A DNA stretch of 61,976 bases, the filler included, from Choristocarpus tenellus KU-1152 (Eukaryota > Protista > Phaeophyceae), in NCBI GenBank assembly GCA_964200185.2. It is 5 parts of 5 records of this genome, joined end to end, with 100 filler letters (N's around TTAATTAATTAA, not from the genome) between each part and the next. Parts side by side here need not be neighbours in the genome. Positions count along the whole stretch, not along the records: positions 25,451 to 56,316 come from CAXNAD020000087.1; positions 56,417 to 61,976 come from CAXNAD020010429.1; 3 more parts are not named here. The stretch is one strand, 5' to 3'. The position numbers were made by a program, and so were the translations under genes. Numbering within the stretch: position 1 is the stretch's first letter; every line of letters starts with the position of its first letter. The notes under the pieces are model-generated. The model ran no database searches. It was given only the letters and a program-made list of their open reading frames with translations, and was not told where the DNA came from. Below are positions 53,453 through 61,976 of the stretch, piece by piece.

Positions 53453-56316
53453 AGTAAAATTATTCACATTTCAGATATAAAGGAAGAGACCATGCTTACA
53501 GTCTTGATGAGGTGATTCCAAAACGAGATATCTTTTAGAATGGACAAAAACCGTTCCAAATCCTTCTGTAGCAACGGGAGATGATTCCACCTATTTCACT
53601 ATGATTCATTAAAAAACATCACTTAGAATGATAACTGTAGTATCATGATCTATCTATCTCCATGCACTGGACCTCATAGCTTTATACAGATATTGGGATA
53701 ACATCGCACGACACAGAACCCACGGTGCATGCTCCAGAACATCAAATGTAAGGCTACAGGTGGCTACAGGTTAACACAGATCGACTCAGACCTGTTGTTC
53801 AGAGCAAAATTTCTGGGAATCTTTTCTCTAACTACATTTTCCCCAAGAAATCAGAACAATGGCATCTTAGATACTGTTTCACCATTCCTAAAAAGGAGTC
53901 AAAACAAGGTAAAAGCAGTCTTATTTACATACTGACTTTCCAACCACCTCCACTATGACAGTTTTTCTTGGTTGTATTTTCCGATTTTTGAAGAAAGTGG
54001 AAGGTGAAAAGAGCTTTCTGAAAAGTGTTTACCAGATGATTGACTATCATATGTATTAATTCCTCTCAGACATTACATATGGAACTATGTCTGGTATATT
54101 AATAGTATTGCATATTGTAGTATTGTATAACATAGTTTAGTTTAGTTTAGTATAGTATATTAGTGGAAGAGCACACACAAACCGGAGACATTGAAAAAAA
54201 ATGTTTTGCATCAGTCATGTCATATAACTGGCATATACAGTGACCAATGATCTAGGTAGTCATACCCATGATCCTGAGAGTGCCTACTGATACACACACT
54301 CATGACTAACTGACTAACTGACCCATAGAAGTGCATAGTGACTTCCTTGAGCGGTTCACACACTTCAAACCAGAATAAACTTCAAAAATCGAACCCCACA
54401 ATTAAGATCTCAATTCTTTCCCATTTGTTACTTTGAAGGAGTTATTGTGAACATGTACAGGAGTAAAGGTGTGTTGTGTGAGTAATACATTGTTTAACTT
54501 GTGGTAAAATGGTATTGACACCTACACATATACCAACTTTTTTCTACTTCAACACACACAGAAATCAGGAAATGATCCAAAAACATATCATAGCCCCGGG
54601 AGATCTGACCAAGTGCATATAATCTGATCAGACTCCATTTTGTTGAATCATCAAGGTCAAAGATGGTAAAAAATAACATTTTTCTTGTAAAGAAACTAAA
54701 AATGTGTTTGGTATCTTAGGTACCAGCTTGATCATCTATTTATTGTTAACATAAATACTGACATTTCTCCCCCTCTCTCTCTTCCCCCTCTTTCAAGCCA
54801 TCATGATAACCATGAGACCAAAACCATAAAACAAGTGATTTTCACTGGACAGACAGCACACCAGGTCATCGCGTGGTCCAATCAACAGTCTGTGAATGTT
54901 ACAACATGTTATGACACATATAACCGTCCATATTTTCAGGACTAGACCTTTCAATAATGTGCCTTAATGAATTCAACTGTAAGGCTTTTGAAAGGAATCT
55001 CAGTGATCTGGAACTGGACATACTAATATCAGGAAAACATTTCTGTGAACTGGCCCTTTCAAAATAAATTGGATCAACCTTTCCAAAACGGAGTCATTAG
55101 ATCTTCCTGCCAGAGGTTCAGGAGTATCATCTACAAATACACACAATACACACAATACACACAAAATACTTTTTCCCGTGATTACCAGGACAGGTCTATA
55201 CTACTATGAATGTTTAATATCTTACTCATAATAATTGTAGTAATAACAATAACGACCCAACTTGATGGTTGTAATTGAGGAGAACGCCTGGCAGGCTCAA
55301 GGAAATAATATTTGACAAACCTAGGTGACCCGGGACTGGACGTACCAGTGTCGTGTTTCACAGGGCTGACCTGAGGACCTGACCGGTATGAAACACCAGG
55401 GAGACACTGCACCACACCAGCCCAAGGACTGGAGGTTTCATAAGCATCTAGTCTTAGAAAGTTGGGACCAGACCATGCAAAAAATGTATCTAAGGCTAGC
55501 CAACTGACTGAACCTTTCATATTCTTTACGTCCAGTGAAAATATTGTAAAAAATGTTGTCTACAAAACTGTACACCAAGAGGCTTTCTTCTCACTCTACA
55601 TAGCCCATATTAATGTTAATGTTATACAATATCCCCTAAACCTATTGAGCTTTGTGGTGATGTGAACCAAGATAATTCAGTTACACCTACAAAATATTTA
55701 AAAACATGGTTCATGTCTCAAATACAGTCAGCTAATAGTCAATATTTCACTATTTGTGTACGTCATTGCAAACAACACAAACAGGAAATTACAGAGGCAT
55801 GTATGTGCACAGATGAGACATGGAACAACCAAATAGCCAGTCCAAAACTATTTTGCTATCAACTTAGATTGGTGCTGGTTCACAACTAATACAAAAAATA
55901 CATAGGAACAAAGAGTAACACTACTCATAAGTTTCCACAATAAACAGTGCAAACTCCATCTTGTAGCTATTATCATAATTAGTATACTCATACCCATTGT
56001 ATATATTTGCAATACAATGTGAACAATAAGACCATTATTGGATAAATATACCCCAGGTGTCACTTGCCACTCTATGTTCAATAACACGTGCTGTAACCAT
56101 ACTAGATACTAATGTTAATAGTATCAAATAGTATATACACAAGCAACATCCTATAAAAATCATATTTTTATTTTGATATCAATAAAAATACATGTGTTGA
56201 ATAAGCACAAGGTGGTTGGTTACTTGTAGTCATCAAAGTATAATGAAAGCATTAGAATCAAAATATTAAGAAAGAAAAAAAAAACGTGTGGCATGAAGTT
56301 GGTGAGGGGAGGGGGG

Positions 56317-56416
56317 NNNNNNNNNNNNNNNNNNNNNNNNNNNNNNNNNNNNNNNNNNNNTTAATTAATTAANNNNNNNNNNNNNNNNNNNNNNNNNNNN
56401 NNNNNNNNNNNNNNNN
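56317..56416. other. Artificial contig linker
   Basis: Same construct. Confidence 0.98.
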
Positions 56417-56580
56417 GGGAGGGGGGGGTCTACACCAGGGTGTCCATTTGGTCCATAACCAGGAAAAGTGCACTTTCGTTATTCATCCGACATATGGAAC
56501 CAAATCACCCAGAAATCGTGAAATGGGAAAAATTGTCCCCAAATGGACAGCCGCCACCCCCCCCCAAGATACTTCAACCC
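56417..56580. mobile_element. MITE family A copy, left end cut at the contig edge; mirrored at 61813-61976
   Basis: TCTACACCAGGGTGTCCATTTGG...GTGCACTT...CCAAATCACCC...CCCCAAATG...CCCCCAAGATACTTCAACCC is colinear with 18404-18588. Confidence 0.8.
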
Positions 56581-57127
56581 AAAAATGTCCAATAGATTAT
56601 GCTTTTATTTACGAATGCATGCATAGCATCCTTTCTGAATTCTGTTGAAAAGCCTCAAACAATAGAGAAATCAATGCTCATAAGTCAAAACTTAGCACTT
56701 CATCCATGGAGATATGGGGGTGAACTGCGCAAGATTGAAAAACTGGATTAAAGTGAGAAACAGAGAAAACCTGGGTACCTCTCATTTACTTGACTCACAA
56801 GTCCTGAAGTATTTTGCACCCCTTCATCAAAAGAAAGCAACAACTATACTGGACATGGCTATGAGAGTAACCCGTTTGTTCGATTTAACCAGTTCACTGC
56901 ATGATCCTACTCATCCCTTCAACCTTCCTTGCCACCTAGTCTTCTCCAAACTGACTAACTGTATTTTGAAAATTGTCGAATTAATCAGAAAAACTTGCTT
57001 GTTCCCACCCCATCTAGTCAACTTGGACCGCTTGGACATCAAATAGATCACAAATTATTTCAACCTTATCCATACCACACTCTGGATTACCAGTTAACAC
57101 TCCCTTCTTTTTTGATCTCATGGATTT

Positions 57128-57414
57128 GAGTGAAAGTATCTTAGAGGGTAGAGCTGCGTCCGTTTGGAGACCAAAATCCAATGTTGCCATTTTGATGTAA
57201 TTTTGGCAATCGTGTTTGTTAGGAAGTGTCAATATCCTTGTTCTGGACACAACTTTTCATAGTTTTATACAAGGTACCTGCTCCAAAAACGCATACATTG
57301 AACCTACTCCAAAACATTTTGGAGAAAGAAAATTTCATTAAAAAAAAACACGGGAAGCCAAGCCCCGAACGGACAAACAGGGCAAAACTCATACCCTCCA
57401 AGATACTTTCACTC
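57128..57414. mobile_element. MITE family B copy (287 bp, with an ~30-bp internal duplication); mirrored at 60979-61265
   Basis: 23-bp TIRs GAGTGAAAGTATCTTAGAGGGTA...TACCCTCCAAGATACTTTCACTC. Confidence 0.88.
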
Positions 57415-57516
57415 AAACCCCTACCCAGAGACTTTCCCTGAGCTCACAATACAATTCAATGCGCTCAAGCATTCAGCCCATAGCATGTTTGAAGAGTTAA
57501 GATCATACAGGCATAT

Positions 57517-57772
57517 GAGTGAAAGTATCTTAGAGGGTACGAGTTTTGCCCTGTTTGTCCATTTGGGGCTTGGCTTCCCATGTTTTTTTTTTTACATTTT
57601 TCTACTCCAAAATGTTTAGGAGTAGGTAAAATATATACGTTATGAAAAGGAGTGTCCGGAACAAGGATATCGGCACTTCTTAACAAACACGATAGCCAAA
57701 TTACATCAAAATCGAAACCTTGGATTTTGACCCCAAATGAACACGGCTCTACCCTCTAAGATACTTTGGCTC
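57517..57772. mobile_element. MITE family B copy (256 bp, opposite orientation); mirrored at 60621-60876
   Basis: GAGTGAAAGTATCTTAGAGGGTA...TACCCTCTAAGATACTTTGGCTC; the body is homologous to the other copies. Confidence 0.88.
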
Positions 57773-58034
57773 ATATGCACATATCGACTGATAGCAACTG
57801 CAACAGCTCCCTGCCCTGGCCTGCACGAGATCTCACCTGGTCACTAGATATCCCTTCTCTTTCTATTCTTCCTAATGCCATGCGATGTGGGAGGGCTTGG
57901 CCTTAGGGATGGGAGGGTTAAGCACAAGAGTCCTTGGGAGGTAAGGTAGTGGATTAGCATGAGGTGCAGTAGTCTGTAATACTCAGCTATTGTATGACTT
58001 CAGGCAGTTGCTTCAAAACTAGTGATAGTGCTTT

Positions 58035-58292
58035 GAGTGAAAGTATCTTAGAGGGTACGAGTTTTGCCCAGTTTGTCCATTTGGGGCTTGGCTTCCCATG
58101 GGTTCTTTTATGACATTTTTCGTACTCAAATGTGGTTAGGACCAGGTAAAGTGTATATGTTATAAAAAGGTGTCTGGAACATGGATATTGACACTTGCTA
58201 ACAAACACGATAGTTAAAATTACATCAAAATCGCAACATTGGAGTTTGGCCCCCAAATGGACGCGGCTCTACCCTCTAAGATACTTTGACTC
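58035..58292. mobile_element. MITE family B copy (258 bp) forming the inner edge of the left arm; counterpart at 60101-60358
   Basis: Same TIRs; four mismatches to its counterpart, at 58070, 58244, 58262 and 58289. Confidence 0.88.
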
Positions 58293-60100
58293 ATAATGAA
58301 GTACACAGGGTAGACTCCTGTCTTCGGGAGTCCCCACTGTCATTGGAGAACCTCTTTTGTCACACTTATTTCACTTCTTCAAACCAAGCTTAGGGGGGGG
58401 TTTCACACACAGGTTACGGATAGGGTTAGGGTTAGGGTTAGATTCTCGAAAATTGACGTTCAAAAGTGAAAAGTAGTGGATCCTCGAGAATTTGTGGTTC
58501 CCTGGTGCACACTACTCAAAGTAAACGTCATTGATGCATGACCATAGGGAGTATAGTCTTGTCCTAGTGTAGATAGAAATGATAAATTTCCATATCACAA
58601 CGTTACATGATCTTGGATGTATGTGTTCGCACACAATAGGGATAGTGTATTGTTTTAGCTGCCACTCTGAGCCAAATCCATGACTAATCTTGTTATATCT
58701 CCTTGCTGAATCCTCTAATCAGCTTGCAGATCAACGACTTCGTTATACCACTAAACGAAGTCAATGTCAAGTTCACTGAGACCAAAGTGCAACACGAAAA
58801 ATGGTGAGCTGGTATGCTACTGGCAATCTTGCTGCCTTTGGAACTTCCATAGGTGCTGAGAGTGACCTATTTCATATGCCCATCTTTAAGACAATCTCAT
58901 ACGTGATATCTGCTGGTACTATCGCAGGCACTACTCGGCATCAGATCACCATGTTTCCAACTGCTGCCAGGAGGCAGCCATGATCGAGAAAATGACTAGC
59001 CTAGCTCAAAGCCTTGCCATGGGTAACTCTGATATCAGTGACGGTAAACATTGCTTTTGGCCTGGCCTCTCCCTTACTACCCAGACTGTCCTGGATGCAG
59101 CTCATCAATCTGCTGTTCATAGTGGAAAGACTGTTGAGGTCAATTGTTAGAGAACGTCACTTGCCGCTCCTCATCCTCTGATGCCTTGACTCATACAAAT
59201 AGTGTCTGTAATGATCTTGACTCCGTCATTTTGACTTCGAGAGGCAAACCATGTATTTTTTAGCGCTTCATCTTGCTGCAAATTTGTTTCTGGCATTTAT
59301 GGTCTACTATTGTTGGTGCTGCAAGGAGTGGCGACCGGGCTCAGAACCTAAGTGGATGTATTTTGGGTAGGTGCTCAATGTCACTTTCTTATCTGTGACC
59401 AGCGCATTTCAAAGGGGAACACCCCCTTGTAATGTTTGAATTTCCACATATTTCTGTTATAAAGTTTGTATCATGACATGCCTCCGCCAGAGGTTCTATG
59501 AAAAATGAAAAATATTTACTCCAGCCTGAATAGTACCTTGATTTATACTTCCTTGTAGGTTCATGGTGTAGATATATGTGATTGTTGTTGATGAGGTTTA
59601 TCTAGTGATTGAGGGATGTTGAAGAACTTTCATGGACCTACCTGCTCACTTGCAAGGATGTCCTCATGTGGCTACATGCTGCCTGTGGCTACATGCTATC
59701 TTAGTAGAATTTTTGGCAATAAGAGCGAGTACAGGAGTTGTTTGTGAAGTAAACTAGTCGCTGAGAATTGGAGAGTGTGAGTGTCACCAAAGAATAGCTT
59801 TAAACACCCAGGATCTGCCAATTAAGAGGGATGGACACGTGGCGAGTTTGATGCTGAGCTTCCAGTGACCATATGGTGCCCATATTCCATTCTCGTGACC
59901 TGAGATATTCTATATTGTATTTGACATTGTGATAGGTGCACAGGTCAATCATAGGTGACTATGTATTGCACGTATTGCATTCTCACGTTCTTAGATATTC
60001 TGAGCAGTGTTTGGTGTCGTGATACCTATTGTGCAAAAATAAGTCATCATACCATTTCCTCTCGAAAGGATTATCTGTTCGATTTTGTTCTTATGCAAAA

Positions 60101-61976
60101 GAGCCAAAGTATCTTAGAGGGTAGAGCCGCCTCCATTTGGGGGCCAAAATCCAATGTTGCGATTTTGATGTAATTTTAACTATCGTGTTTGTTAGCAAGT
60201 GTCAATATCCATGTTCCAGACACCTTTTTATAACATATACACTTTACCTGGTCCTAACCACATTTGAGTACGAAAAATGTCATAAAAGAACCCATGGGAA
60301 GCCAAGCCCCAAATGGACAAACAGGGCAAAACTCGTACCCTCTAAGATACTTTCACTCAAAGCACTATCACTAGTTTTGAAGCAACTGCCTGAAGTCATA
60401 CAATAGCTGAGTATTACAGACTACTGCACCTCATGCTAATCCACTACCTTACCTCCCAAGGACTCTTGTGCTTAACCCTCCCATCCCTAAGGCCAAGCCC
60501 TCCCACATCGCATGGCATTAGGAAGAATAGAAAGAGAAGGGATATCTAGTGACCAGGTGAGATCTCGTGCAGGCCAGGGCAGGGAGCTGTTGCAGTTGCT
60601 ATCAGTCGATATGTGCATATGAGCCAAAGTATCTTAGAGGGTAGAGCCGTGTTCATTTGGGGTCAAAATCCAAGGTTTCGATTTTGATGTAATTTGGCTA
60701 TCGTGTTTGTTAAGAAGTGCCGATATCCTTGTTCCGGACACTCCTTTTCATAACGTATATATTTTACCTACTCCTAAACATTTTGGAGTAGAAAAATGTA
60801 AAAAAAAAAACATGGGAAGCCAAGCCCCAAATGGACAAACAGGGCAAAACTCGTACCCTCTAAGATACTTTCACTCATATGCCTGTATGATCTTAACTCT
60901 TCAAACATGCTATGGGCTGAATGCTTGAGCGCATTGAATTGTATTGTGAGCTCAGGGAAAGTCTCTGGGTAGGGGTTTGAGTGAAAGTATCTTGGAGGGT
61001 ATGAGTTTTGCCCTGTTTGTCCGTTCGGGGCTTGGCTTCCCGTGTTTTTTTTTAATGAAATTTTCTTTCTCCAAAATGTTTTGGAGTAGGTTCAATGTAT
61101 GCGTTTTTGGAGCAGGTACCTTGTATAAAACTATGAAAAGTTGTGTCCAGAACAAGGATATTGACACTTCCTAACAAACACGATTGCCAAAATTACATCA
61201 AAATGGCAACATTGGATTTTGGTCTCCAAACGGACGCAGCTCTACCCTCTAAGATACTTTCACTCAAATCCATGAGATCAAAAAAGAAGGGAGTGTTAAC
61301 TGGTAATCCAGAGTGTGGTATGGATAAGGTTGAAATAATTTGTGATCTATTTGATGTCCAAGCGGTCCAAGTTGACTAGATGGGGTGGGAACAAGCAAGT
61401 TTTTCTGATTAATTCGACAATTTTCAAAATACAGTTAGTCAGTTTGGAGAAGACTAGGTGGCAAGGAAGGTTGAAGGGATGAGTAGGATCATGCAGTGAA
61501 CTGGTTAAATCGAACAAACGGGTTACTCTCATAGCCATGTCCAGTATAGTTGTTGCTTTCTTTTGATGAAGGGGTGCAAAATACTTCAGGACTTGTGAGT
61601 CAAGTAAATGAGAGGTACCCAGGTTTTCTCTGTTTCTCACTTTAATCCAGTTTTTCAATCTTGCGCAGTTCACCCCCATATCTCCATGGATGAAGTGCTA
61701 AGTTTTGACTTATGAGCATTGATTTCTCTATTGTTTGAGGCTTTTCAACAGAATTCAGAAAGGATGCTATGCATGCATTCGTAAATAAAAGCATAATCTA
61801 TTGGACATTTTTGGGTTGAAGTATCTTGGGGGGGGGTGGCGGCTGTCCATTTGGGGACAATTTTTCCCATTTCACGATTTCTGGGTGATTTGGTTCCATA
61901 TGTCGGATGAATAACGAAAGTGCACTTTTCCTGGTTATGGACCAAATGGACACCCTGGTGTAGACCCCCCCCTCCC
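60101..61976 (-). repeat. Right arm of the 1,876-bp inverted repeat
   Basis: Reverse complement of 56417-58292. Confidence 0.97.

Larger units (their letters stand above)
56417..58292 (+). repeat. Left arm of a 1,876-bp inverted repeat
   Basis: Reverse complement of 60101-61976 (paired coordinates sum to 118393). Mirrored ORF translations in the track are identical except inside the innermost MITE. Confidence 0.97.

Noticed and set aside
53500-55450. Candidate upstream PILS exons (53590-53500, ~55130, ~55449)
   Set aside because: Splice-like signals are present, but the translations do not convincingly match the expected transmembrane helix. Left unannotated.
56448-61945. Mirrored ORF pairs as duplicated genes or a transposase
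   Set aside because: They are incidental frames through MITE and arm sequence, with no DDE, RT or other recognisable motif.

Overview
Eukaryotic, intron-rich nuclear DNA. It is most likely from a photosynthetic heterokont (ochrophyte) alga; this is inferred from the signal peptide plus 'SAF' plastid-targeting motif, the nucleus-encoded bacterial-type NusG and UvrD, introns of up to about 2.3 kb and scattered TTAGGG tracts. The window is not contiguous: four artificial 100-bp linkers (N44-TTAATTAATTAA-N44) join five contigs (1-15130, 15231-19564, 19665-25350, 25451-56316, 56417-61976). Exons were joined by hand using splice signals and reading phase. This gave an otubain deubiquitinase (partial) head-to-head with a complete 9-exon mitochondrial cytochrome c peroxidase; an HDDC2-like HD nucleotidase converging on a coiled-coil/RING gene; and DIM1 (start codon apparently split by an intron) head-to-head with a plastid-targeted UvrD/PcrA helicase. 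It also gave a gene of at least 17 exons (about 1,140 codons) encoding NusG (NGN+KOW) fused through an ~780-aa RGG/acidic disordered region to a C-terminal SAP domain, and the 3' part of a PILS/auxin-efflux-carrier-family transporter. The last contig is a 5.56-kb fold-back with 1,876-bp inverted arms packed with two related MITE families. Several small tandem duplications have TTAGGG tracts at their junctions. The best candidates for novelty are the NusG-IDR-SAP fusion, the telomere-punctuated duplications and hairpin element, and the MITE-built fold-back (which may be an assembly artefact).
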